Source: Felis catus
Taxonomy: Eukaryota
NCBI RefSeq assembly: GCF_018350175.1
Contig: NC_058368.1
Span: 101,062,001-101,126,000 of the forward strand
Direction of reading: 5' to 3'
Length of the DNA stretch: 64,000 nucleotides
Shown here: piece after piece, positions 46,501 through 58,529 of the stretch
Numbering within the stretch: the stretch's first letter is position 1
How the letters are laid out: each line of letters opens with the position of its first letter
The notes under the pieces: model-generated
What the model was told of the DNA's origin: nothing
What the model saw: only the letters and a program-made list of their open reading frames with translations
The model's database searches: none
Position numbers and translations under genes: made by a program

Positions 46501-49500
46501 AGTTCAATACTCAGGTCCTGATGGATCTTCCCAGGGTTACTTATCTTTATTTCAGTACAATAAATGGATTGCTAATCTTTTCCCGTCACTGTTTCCAAGT
46601 AGATGATGGATTTTTGTTTCAGTTTACAGTTCATTGTTTTTAGTATGGCTGTACTTTATTATACACATGAAGGCTTATTACAGAAACAATCAGATTCACC
46701 TTAGTTACTCCCTTTGTTTAATCATTAAAACCTCCATTTTCTTTGTAGAAAATGGCTCTTTAATATTTAACATACATCAGCCATGGAGAGCTTGTCTGAT
46801 TGTTTTGTCAGTGTGCTATCATCTTTTAGTTAATATTTGCTTTGTGTATAACCCTGGTTCTTAAAAATAGAGCAATTTAAAGAAAGTTAAATATCATTCC
46901 GTTACCTTCCGTATATTTTGACTCTTTGGGGTACTTACGGAAAATTCTAAGAGTTTTTCTTTTCTCTCTGTCTCTCTCTTTTTTAAGGAAGAAGTCCAAG
47001 TGATTTTTTTTTTTTTTTTTTTGCTGTGTGTGACTTAAGGAGATTAACAAACTGAAAGCCAAGTTGCTAGTCTTTTTCCTGGGGAGGGGCTGGGTACAGT
47101 TTCTTTTAGAATCAGATTTTAATGTGTTTTACAAAAAATAGTAAATTCAGATAGTTTAAAACAAAAACATTACAGGATGGATTAAACAATCACTCACTTT
47201 GCTTATAGACATTTATTCCAGTAAGAGTTGGATACATGGTATATTTCTAGCTACTTGGCCATAATGAGAAAAATCTTTCTCAATATTTTGCAAAGAAAAC
47301 ATAGTCTTTCTCAGCAATTAGGTCTTATTGATGAGAGTGAGATAATTTTGCTCTAATGTGTTTTCTAATAAAGAAGTGAAAAGGCACATTTGATTCTAAC
47401 ATTTATGAAAACATTATCTCAATTATTAATGTGCCCTTTTTCCCTAGAGATAGATTAATCTAATTGCACATGGTTTCCCCTTTCTGCTTAACATCAGAAT
47501 TTAATATGACTGGACCTGAGGAATGTACATAGTGTAAACTTGAAATTCTATTGGATATAAAATACGGAAGTTTAAAATAAAGTTACCATGTAAGATAGGC
47601 CAGAATTGCTCAGGCCTTTCAAATCAAAGTCTGATTTAACAGGAAATTTTAGTGACAATGACAAAATAGATTACACTTATTTTCGCCCTAGAAAAATTGT
47701 TCTGCTCACTGAAATAAGGTAGTGACTTGTTAGGATTACAGTCAAGGAACTGGAAAGGGCTTTAATTTTATAGAACCTGTCTTTGCCTCAGTAAATTTGA
47801 GTGTCTCCTTTTCATTTACACTACGTGAAAACCTTCCATTATTTTTCTTCAGAAAATCAAGGGGGATAACATAATGCGGGTTTTTTTTTTTTTTTGTGGT
47901 TTGATTTTATGCCATGATATTCTAGATTTAATAAGAGGTTTGCTTTTAAGCAAATGGTCTATTTTTCATCATTACCATTTAGCTTAGGTCAAAAGATGTT
48001 GATGAAACCAATATTAAAAATATATTACATGTTGCTAAATGTTTATATTTCACAACCATCATACATAATTGGTACTAGAAGGAAATGAATTGATTTCATA
48101 TTTTAAATGTATTACTTAGCTTTTTATAAATACCCAATTGCATATATAGTACCGTACTCATTTGTATATATTTAGATGTTGGAAAAAAATCATTTCAAAT
48201 GAATCATTTCAAATGAAATTAAAGTCATTTAAAAATGAAATTGAAGTCATTCTAAAGTTGTTCCGGTGATAGTACCATAATTATACGGTCCATATTTTTG
48301 CTTTATAGACTTTGACGCATTTGGCCTGATTCACCAAAGCACTAGGGGATAGAATTATGTGGCTGTTCCAGTTAAAATGAAGTAGAAATTGTGTTTCTTA
48401 GTGATTTATCATTTCATGTGATAGACTGCTTGTCAGCTTGGTTTTGAATATGTCAATTTCATGAAGTCCAAATATGATTTCTCCTTAAAAATAAACTATA
48501 GTCATAGTACTGTTAGGTTTTAAATTTGCAGAGTAGCAACTGATGTATCTCTTTGGCTTTGCCTCATTTGATTCGAAGATGTCTTTTATCGTGGTGCCCA
48601 TTTGATAGAGTGCGAGCATTTTGTAGTTTTACATACACTGTAAAACCATCTGCCGCCTCTTGGAATCGTTTCCAGCATTGTGCTAAAAATCAAAACTTAG
48701 GACTTAATGTTGGCTTCGAAAAGGGCCCTTACAGTCCCGGTCCGTTACATTTACATATCGCCCTGCACAGTGCCACTGGTGGTTTTCTGGGTCTGAAAAT
48801 GATTCTGCTTTAAGAAAATAAATACGTAGAGCAGCCGTTTGGAAATTCTCACACTAGTGAGGTTTAATCTAAATATGCGTGTGACACGCCAGTGATTTAA
48901 CTGCAAATATTTTATGAAGAGTGATGTGTTCTGTATCCATGGGACTATATTTCTCATTCGTTCATTTTATCTGTTGTTTACAGATGGCTTTTACTGATGG
49001 CATTTTGGCTATGTGAAGAAAATAATTCATAAGTCTCTCGTGTTCACAACCGCATCTTTTCTTACATCCTATGATTTTTTTTTTTTTTCCACACTGACTT
49101 AAAAACAGGGTCAAGAAATTGAAATCCCAAGCTCAGAGGTTACTGGACAGATGAAGTCTGTCCTCCCCAGTGGTAGCAAGTGAGCTGATGAAAATGTGGC
49201 TGTGGTAACATTGGGCTGAAGGAAGCTTGCTGGGGAGCCTCTGTCTTTTACTGTGTCACTTACGGCACTTTTAATTATTTGAGTAAGTCTGTTTTGCTCC
49301 CCAGATATCACTTAGAGTGGTAGTATAACCTTATGGATTTGTTAGCTGAGGAACCACATCCACAATATCCAAAACCTCTGGTTCTGCCGATCTGAAGAAC
49401 ACCATGCCTAGACCCACTGCTGGATTGCCCCCCCCCTCCTTTTCTCCCCCTCCCTTTCTTTTTTAGAATCTCGTAGACTCCAAGATTTCATGGGTCCCGA

Positions 49501-52500
49501 CATTCCTTGTGTATTTACACAAGAAATACAGACTCCGGTACAACTACTTAGCATAAAAGCCAGAGAAAGCAGAGCAGGGTAGACTTTTCCTTGTAAGCAT
49601 TAGCCACCTCGCTCAGATAAGTTACAGAATTCCATTATCCAAATTGTTACACATGTGTGACAGAGGTTGACCTTTCGTCATGTCAATCCTTTTTGCGTGG
49701 GCCCCAGGCTCCAGCCTAATGGCTCAAACCCTGATTTACTCACTGTAATAAGGGCAGGAGGTCGAGCAGTTGTCAGGCTGCCTGTTCGTACTCTTCTCGG
49801 AGCCCGGTTGAAGGCTGTTAACACAAAGCTTTTCAAAGTGAATTTACAACCCGCACCACTGACAGAGGCCAATCAGTGCACCATAAATGTCAGGTTAGTG
49901 AGATTGAGCAGTAAGTAAAGTACTGACAGCACACTATTGGCTGGAATCAATTGGCCAAGGTTTGACTGAGGAGCGCGAGCTACGTGCCTTGGCGGGCGCA
50001 GGGCAGGGGCTCAAGTGCGGAGCCTGGCTTTCCAGGTGGGAGTCCGTAGAGGTACCTGGGAGCAGGTGTTTGAGGGTTGAGACGCCGCCCCCATTTGCTG
50101 GGGCGTATGGGTGTAGCCAGCCTCGTCCGTGTTGATGGGCTGCACGGTGTCTGAGTTCACGGCCGCCCCGCCTACTGACTCTGAGGCTTGGAGGAGAAGG
50201 GCCCCGAGTTAGACACAAAGGGGCAAGAGGAGAACGATCACGGTGTGGTGCCTTCAGAACCAGGGGACGCGTGCAGTGCGGTGCTGTGCGGCTAAAAGGT
50301 AACGTGTTCAGACTCCGCAACCCTAACAGGGATTTCCACCAAGGCGCCGACCCACACACAAGCCGCCTCTTCTGCCCTTCTGGAGGCTGAGGGATGTGCA
50401 ACTTTCACGGAAGTCACTAATGAATGATTATGGGTTGAGGGCCTGAATATCCATGAGGTGTGGTTTCCCCACCACACGGAATGTTTTTATCATTTTGTGT
50501 AATGACAGCCTGGACAACAATTCATTTAGCTCTGAAGGCATCAGCATTAAAATGGAGGAATCCATTAAAATGCTGTACGCAAGGATTTATAAATTAGGCA
50601 ATTTCCTTGATTATTGCAATCATTTACAAAATTGATTGTTGCAGTGTGGTATAGACAGATTTCAGCAACTGTCATTGACAACAAGCACATTCTCTGATAT
50701 CTATGGTTACTGGTCACCAAACCAGGTCACTGTCCCTCACTACTCCCTCTCTCCCGCTCCCCCTCCCCCCCCTTGTTGTGCTTGGTCACAAGGTCAGGCA
50801 GACTTGCAGAGAACCTTAAAACTCTAAAGTTTGAGTTGCCTTCAGAAGAGACCCACTTGGGCTGTGAGGGTGGGTGCAGGTTGTTGTGATGGTCGTAGCA
50901 TTGTTTGCACGTGTGAATTCTAATTTTGGAGCCGCACGAGGATGATCCTCATGTGCCTCAGGTCAGTAGCGGAGATTTTGAAATGAGGCCAACCCAAAAG
51001 GAGATAATTTTTGCAAATTGCAGCTGTAAATATTTGTTTGATTGAAGATCTAAAAGTCAATAATGTGTTTTATTTGTTGGTCCTTAGAGTTCTAATTATC
51101 CGATAGATATATCGTAGAGTCACTGGATTTTAGGTCAATTAATTCTGGAAGGCATAATAAAGACATTGTTACAAGCGTGAAACGCTCAAAATGCTGCAGA
51201 TTTTCCTGTACGAGGACACACACAAAACAAGTCGACTTGGTGCTTAATCACTAACCACAAACCACAGAGTTGCCTTTATTCGTGCAGTCTCAGACACGGG
51301 CATGCCCAATGTGTCTGCAGAGCTCCAGCCAATGAAAGCTAGCCGTGCGGTTTATGCTTAGTACCAAATAACTGACTTCGGACATTTGTTTTTCATCATC
51401 ATTTTGTTTTTAATCATAATTTTTCCCTTTTGGAACTCTAAAAGAAACCGGGGCTTGTAAAATAATAACACTTTGGAAAATTGTTTAACGCTGTTGGGAA
51501 GACAAAAACGTTTTGGTTTGTCCTGATTTGAAGACATCAGTATTTGATCTCATGGTGGTCTTTGTTTAAAAGGGAAGATGCTGTGTTTTAGGAAGTCCTA
51601 TGGCTTGGTGACACCTTGCGTCTATTTGGCTATTGTTGGGTCAGAAGTCAGAAGTTCCTTTTCATTTTTAATTAGTTGTACTATTCATGGCTTCACAATT
51701 CAGCAGAGAGGCAGTATTTTCATTTCAGTGCCTCGATATGATTGCCTCGTTTTTATCCAAATGTTCTTTTCCACAGGTATTTCTGGTTTCTGTTAAGACT
51801 CAAAAGCCACGTGACTAGATCTGTTTTGGGTGAAGTGTGAACGAGGCACTCACTGTTAAAGCTGTTTCTGCCAGTGCCCTTGTACATGAATTTAATACAT
51901 CAAAATCTACAGCGTGCAACTGTGAAATGATGATATGGGGCTAAGCCCGTTTTATTAAAATGAACAGTGTTTTTCACTCTCTGTGATCATTTTAAATTAA
52001 AGCTGCCTCCGGTAATGAAGTGTCTTCTATGTAGAAACATTCAGTGTAATCTAATTCAGCAGAAACTTCTTAAGTGCTTTTTAATTGGAATCAAATTAAA
52101 TGTAATCAAGTCATGTTTTCAGGGTCTTGTAAAGCACCGAGACCTAAGTGTTGTTAGCAGGCTTGGGAATATTAATGTTGATCACAAATTTAGTACAACA
52201 CTACTAAAGTCTCAGAGGTCCATGCAAACTCCAAAATGGCAGATGACCAGTACATATATGTTTGGTTAGAGTACAATGCTTTCGGAATCTATTTTGTTTG
52301 TCCCCAGGCTAATACTGAGGTTCCTCTGTGATACTAAAAAAATACAGAAATCCTTGCTGGGAGATAAAATCCTGAAAAACTTGGGGCTCATGCAAAATGC
52401 ACTTAATTTCAGTTTGTTGCAATTAATTGTAGTTTATAATTTGACCTGCATAATCTACAAAGTGGAAAATCTGCAAATTAAGCTTTAAATGATGGAAATG

Positions 52501-52585
52501 AGATTTTCTACTGAAAATGTTTAATGTTCATCCTAAGCAATTCACACTACACAAAAGTATACGCTGGCAGTAACTGTTGTTGATG

Positions 52586-52710
52586 GTTTTTTTTTTCAAG
52601 ATTTTATTCTTGTTTTCAAGTAATCCCTACACCCATCCGTGGGGCTTGAACTCACAACTTCTGAGATCAAGAGTCACACGTTCCACTGACTGAGCCAGCC
52701 AGGTGCCCCC
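52586..52710 (-). mobile_element. Short Can-SINE (first one after the SINE-free zone)
   Basis: gagatcaagagtcac...ctgagccagccaggtgcccc; TGTTGATG on both flanks. Confidence 0.88.
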
Positions 52711-54126
52711 CCACCTTTGTTGATGATTTTTACAATGGCCTTTTGGGAGATGACTATGTAATATAATGCATATTTATTTCATTGAAATCACAGTTTTGGT
52801 AAAAATATTTGTACACTGTCATTGATACTGCAAAACAGATCTTGAAAGCCGCCGCCAAAAGCACTGTTTTTCTAAGATCTTCTGCAGTGGTTAAATTTGG
52901 CTCAGCCATGAATAGATTTTGATTTTGTGTCTAGTTGCGTCCTTCCCTCTGTGTATTTCTCTTGGTAGGAAATTTCCTTAACAGTCTGCCAGCCTTGCTG
53001 TATTATAGAAACACTTCTTGTGATATTTTTGTATGTTTTTAGTGCATGTCTTTAATATGACCAGAGGCTTTCTGGAGCCTGTAGGGAGGTTTTAATGGTT
53101 CTCAGAGGGGAAGAAATTTCTGTGTTCCTTTTTATACGTGGAGGTGTTAACAAAAAAGGATCAGATTGCTTTGAAATGCTTTTCTAAGTAGGAAGACTCA
53201 TTAATTTACCGACTTGCATGTTAGACTTCAGGCAAACTACTAAATTTCTTTGTGTCGCCGTTTCTTGTATAAAAGAGTCCTGCACTATTGTGCAAGTTAG
53301 AAAGACCGTATATATGGCTTTTATATAACGAAAGGGATTTTCTGTTTCAATTGGGATTTTTATTTTATTTTATTTTTCACTTGGGATTTTAATAGTAGCC
53401 TGTAAGTTTCTACTGTACTCTGCACATAATTATAAAGAATCTCATTATTTGTTAAAGCGAAACTGTAGACTATGACACACAGTTTGAATGGATTTAGTTA
53501 CAAAATCAGGCTTAAATAATATCTAAATGCACATTTATTTAGTGCTGCTTATAAGGAAGAAAGGATTAAAGAGATGCCATACGACATGGGCGAAAAAAAA
53601 TGATTAGATGGCTTTAATTTTTAAGACTACTTTTCTAATGGAGAGCAAAAGGATAACTGTAAATATTGGACATGTAAATAGAAGTTTCTAGGTGTGTGAT
53701 TTCAGTAAGTCAAATGATTGCTCTTCATCCTCACAACAGAGAACTGACTTGCAGTATGAAATGTGAGGGGAAATGACTGAGAAACATCTAGAAAGATCAC
53801 AAGGAAGCCCCCAAACCTGAAGGTCCTTTGACCGTGGACCTCACGCCAGGAGCAATTCATTAGGTAGGTTTGACACTGGGTATTGAATTCTGTATAGAAC
53901 AGCATCTCACTGCCTAGCATATGGTGGCTTGTCAATACATATTAAATGACAGCAAATCAACATCGTGGCACATTTGCCACTGTCCATAAAAACATGTGTG
54001 CTGCTGTGTGTGTACTGGTGAATACTGACTTACTGGCACACCGTGCAAATGGTGAATCTGTCAGTGTTGACCCTGTGAAAAGCAAGAATTCTGAGTAGCG
54101 GCTTGCAATTGGAAACTGTTATGTTT

Positions 54127-54674
54127 GGGGTGCCTGGGTGGCTCAGTCAGTTGAGCGTCCGACTCTTGATTCATCTCAGGTCATGATCCCAGGGTCGTGG
54201 GGTCAAGCCCTGCGTGGGGCTCCATGCTGATGATGGAGCCTGCTTGGGCTTCTCTGTCTCCCTCCTTATCTCACCCTGCTCTGCTTGTGTGCACGTGCAC
54301 GCGTGCTCTCTTTCTCTCTCAAAATAAGTAAACACTAAAAAGAAAATTTTGTTTTATTATTTTTATAAGCAGGCTCCATGCCCTAGCGTGGAGCCCAATG
54401 CGGGGCTTGAATTCATGACCCTGAGATCAAGACCTGAGCTGCTATCAGCAGTTAGATGCTTTTTTTTTTTTTTTAAATGTTTGTTTATTTTTGAGAGAGA
54501 GAGACAGAGATTGAGTGGGGGAGGGGCAGAGAGAGAGGGAGCCACAGAATCTGAAGCAGGCTCCAGGCTCTGAGCTGTCAGCACAGAGCCTGACGATGGG
54601 CTCGAACCCATGAACCTTGAGATCATGACCTGAGCCGAAGTCGGATGCTTAACCGACTGAGCCACCCGCGCCCC
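54127..54674. mobile_element. SINE cluster: + copy 54127-54345, partial - copy 54346-54458, - copy 54459-54674
   Basis: Three recognisable SINE bodies in a tail-to-tail arrangement. Confidence 0.88.
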
Positions 54675-54697
54675 AGGAAAATGTAGATGAAAAAGTC

Positions 54698-54950
54698 AAA
54701 ATAAGATAAAAGCAGAGAGGCAGGCAAACCTTAAGAGACTCTTAAATACAGAGAATGAACTGAGGGGTGGTGGTGGGGGATGGGCTAAATAGGTGACGGG
54801 CATTTAGGAGGGAACTTGTTGGGATGAGCACCGGTGTCCTATGTAAGACATAAATCCCCGGGTTCTACTCCCAAAGCCATGACAACCCTGCATGTCAACT
54901 AACTTGACTTTAAATACCAAAAAAAAAAAAAAAAAAACAAAAAAACAACA
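54698..54950 (+). mobile_element. Carnivore L1 3' end with poly-A
   Basis: aagagactcttaaatacagagaa...ttgttgggatgagcac; AGATGAA(a/g)AAGT on both flanks. Confidence 0.85.
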
Positions 54951-55259
54951 AAACTTCAGATGAAGAAGTAAAAATCGAAACACGATCTAAAGAACAAAAA
55001 TTTAGGTTGAGATTAATATTTTTAAAAATGTATATTCGTTTTACATGAATCATTTCTCTTACGGCATCTGGAGTTATTACTTAGATGTCACTCAGAGCAG
55101 GGGTGATGTTCAAAGTATTTGACAACCAATGCTGTCCCATAAACCTGCGTGCCTGCCACTGTATCGGTGTCTTGGGTGTGGTGTAGAGGTTCTGAATCTA
55201 GGAGAGTTAGGTGGGCTTTAGCAAAGCTATTAAATACACAATCAGTGGCAATAACAATC

Positions 55260-55580
55260 TATTAACAGGTATAGGGTTTTTGTTTTATAAGATAAAAAGT
55301 TCTGGAGATGGGTTGCACAACTGTGTGACCATCCTTTACTAAACCGTACCCTGAAACATGGTTAAAATGGGGGTGCCTGGGTGGCTCAGTCAATTAAGCC
55401 ACACACTTGATCTCGTGGGTGGTAAGTTCAAGCCCTACCTCCGCCGTCAGCGCGGAGCCTGCTTGGGATTCTCTGCCTCCCTCTCTCCCTGCCCCTTCCC
55501 ACTCGCAGTAAATAAATAAAGTTTAAAAACATAGTTAAAATGGTAAATGTTATGTGGATTTTACCCCAATTAAAAACAAA
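55260..55580 (+). mobile_element. L1M 3' end interrupted by a Can-SINE (55370-55530)
   Basis: aaaagttctggagatgggttgcacaa...; TSD AAACAT(g/a)GTTAAAATGG. Confidence 0.8.
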
Positions 55581-55659
55581 GAACGATCTACATTTTCAGC
55601 GATTTTTCTTCTAGCTCTTCTTAAAGTCCAGCTTACGTAAGAGTTTTCAGGTGTAGGGA

Positions 55660-55785
55660 GCCAAGAAAAAGTCACTCTAGGGTCCTGCCCCTAAAAGATT
55701 CTGGTTCAGCCCTCCTGCACTGGGGACCCAGCAGTCTGTTTTCTTAACAAATGTCTCACCGGTTCGTCCAGCTGCACTTTAAGCA
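55660..55785. mobile_element. MER5A-like hAT relic
   Basis: gcccct...agattctggttcag...tgggg.ccca...tctg.tttt..taacaa. Confidence 0.55.
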
Positions 55786-56590
55786 AACAGAAAAAGCCAG
55801 ACTCCACCTTTTTCTACCTTACTCTTGGGGTTGTCCGCTTCTCTTGTTTGGGCTCCCCTTGAGCAAACCTGGTCTAGTCTCATTTGCTCCTATGTTAATT
55901 CTAGTCTTTCATTCCTGCTGCACCTGGACTAATCTCTGGGTATTTCCCACCTCCTCCCTTATCACCCCCTCCAGATAGATAGATGGATAGGTAGGTCGAT
56001 AGATACAGAGATAGATACAAGTATTGCTAGACGTAACAGACAGCAAAATGGACTCCCGTGACTTTCCTCTCTTTGTATCTTTTGGAAGTCTGCCTGGCCA
56101 GGTGTAAGGAAGCGAGCAAAAAGGCAGAAAGCTTTCCACAGTGTGTAAACCGCAGTGTGTCATTAGCCCCTAGGTAATCAAGGCGTGTTTCAGAAGGAGG
56201 TGGCTTCCTGGACGGCAGGCATTCGGTGCTGCTCGCTAGGGCCAGAGCTCCAGCACTGTCTGGGTCTGAGCCGTGTGTGACGGCAAGCAGACCCCCGAAC
56301 TCCCTCCGCTCCTACCATCGCTGCTTTCCTCCCCGCGTCACCTGGCAGCCCCTTCTGTGCAGTCCTCTACCACGTGGAGAGACCATATGGTCCTTGTGTG
56401 ACATTTGCCATTTGCACAGTCTGTAAAGTTTCCATATGCCAACTTCATTCTCCAGGTCTGCTGATCTTTTCCCGTCTTTTGCCTCCGCCTGCCGTTTCTG
56501 CCCGTTGATGGAGGGAGGTCTGTGGGCACGCAGCCTGTTGTCGGGTCTGCCCTTCTTACACTTACCTCCCCTGGTCTTACGGTTTCTTCC

Positions 56591-56996
56591 TTTTTGTTTT
56601 AAAAAAAAAAAAAGTATTTTTAATTAACGTTTGTGTGTTGAGAGAGTGCGAGCAGGGGAGGGGCAGAGAGAGGGAGTCACAGCATCGGAAGCAGGCTCCA
56701 GACTTTGTGCTGACAGCTCAGAGCCCAGTGTGGGGCTCGAACCCACAAACTGCGAGATCGTGACCTGAGCTGAAGTTGAGGCCACGCAGGCGCCCCTCTT
56801 CCCCTTTTTTTTTTCTTTTAATGCTTACTTTTGAGAGAATGTAAGTGAGGGAAGGGCAGAGAGGGGGACAGAAGATCTGAAGCAGGCTCTGCCGACAGCA
56901 GCGAGCCCCATGCGGGGTTTGAACTCAGGAACAAACTGTGAGATCATGACCTGAGCCAAAGTGGGTTGCTCAACTGACCTAGCCCCCCGGGTGCCT
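56591..56996 (-). mobile_element. Two tandem Can-SINEs (56591-56795, 56805-56996)
   Basis: Two reverse SINE bodies, each with a T-tail. Confidence 0.88.
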
Positions 56997-57324
56997 TTCA
57001 CTCATTCTTACTGTTTCAGTTGCCTTCTCTGAGGGATGGCTCTCACGTTCCGGTCCCCACGCTGACCTCTCCTAAGTCCTGGATTTCTTTGAGACCTCGC
57101 TCTTTGGAGATGTAGCTACAAATTGAGTGTGCTGACTGCCCTCGTCCTATGTCTCCCCACAGAGGTGGCCCTTTATCCTTAACCTACAGTGTTCTCTTAG
57201 CCCTTTTTGGCCTATGAGCCCAACACTTTGGAGTCCCTCTAACGGTTTTTTTTAAATATTTATGTTCCTGGAAACCAACAGGGTATCTAGCACACAAAAG
57301 GTACTTAGTAAACACTGTTGTTCT

Positions 57325-57595
57325 GATAGCAATAATCAGAGCTAACACAGCTCCTCTGAGACTGTGAACCAGGCGCTATGCATGCTAAAGAGCTCTGCGG
57401 AGCTGGTCTTAATTCCTCCTCAGAACATCCTGGTGAGGTGAGGACTATTGCAACTCCTTTTTCAGATGAAGGAACTTCTCAGATGAAGGCAAAAGAAGTT
57501 AAATTACTCACCCAAGGTTGTATGTAGTGAAGGTAGGACTCCCCCTGAGGTGGTGTGGCCCGTAGAGTCCTTGCTCCAAACCATTCTGCTGTTAT
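57325..57595 (-). mobile_element. MIR
   Basis: ttaattcctc.tca.aacatcctggtgaggt...tttcagatga...cacccaaggtt. Confidence 0.7.
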
Positions 57596-57869
57596 ACTGC
57601 CTGCTCCCTTCCTCTCTGACCCCTGAACTGCCATTACGTTATGGGGCTCCAATGTCTGCCACAGACTTCTCCACACAGCTGACCCTAGCCTCTAGGTCTG
57701 CATATGAGCATTTCCTCCTTGGTAGACAATGCTTTGGCTTCTCAGACACAGCCCCGCTGCAGCTTAAACAGAGACCTGGTACTTAGTCTCATGATGTGCT
57801 TGGTCCACCTTGGGTTCTAGGACCATCGGCGCCATGTTTATTATGCTAGACAATTCAAACTTCCCAGCC

Positions 57870-58090
57870 TTCAGAGAAATAAATTTACTGAGAGCCTACA
57901 TGCGTGAGGTGTCGTGCAGGTCACAGAGATGGGCAAGATGAACTCTGCCTTCAAGGCCCAGAGAGTGGTAAGACCATGAGTAATTCCCCTTGGAAACAGG
58001 AGCGAAAAGTGCTTTTTCAGAGCACAGAGGTGGCTTCCTGCTGGGAGCCTCAGGGGAGGAGGAGAATTTGACCCGGGGACGTAAATGGTT
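57870..58090 (-). mobile_element. L2 fragment
   Basis: aaatttactgagagcctaca...ctctgccttcaagg...ggcttcctg. Confidence 0.55.
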
Positions 58091-58434
58091 AATACTAAGG
58101 GAGGCAGGTGCTTCCTGGGGGAAGATCAGCCCCCATCAGTGGGTCCACAGTCCTTCCTTTCCCAGCTATGTTGCCTCTCTGTCCTTCCTCTCAATGAACT
58201 GCTTCCTGTCCTCTGGCATACCAAGATGGTATGCCAGAAGGCTTGCCCTTCTGTGGTCAGCCTGCGTCTTTCACTTTTTTTAGAGACACAGTTCCCAGGA
58301 ATTCATTTTAGCCTCATTCTGGGTCTCCACCACCCTATTCACTTTCTCTTGCCTTCAGCCATCCCCTTAATAGGTGTTGAAGTTTGGCTTTATCACCTGA
58401 TGTTACAGTTAGGTCCTCACTTGGTAAGCTCTTA

Positions 58435-58529
58435 TTTGGGACTGACTTACACTAAAAAAATATTTGATTGTTTATAATTCAACTCTGATTGGGTGTCCTG
58501 TATTTTACTTGCTCACTTTGGCAATCCTA
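58435..58529. mobile_element. MER53-like hAT MITE (one arm)
   Basis: tgggactgacttacactaaaaaa...gggtgtcctgtatttt.cttgct...tggcaatccta. Confidence 0.65.
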
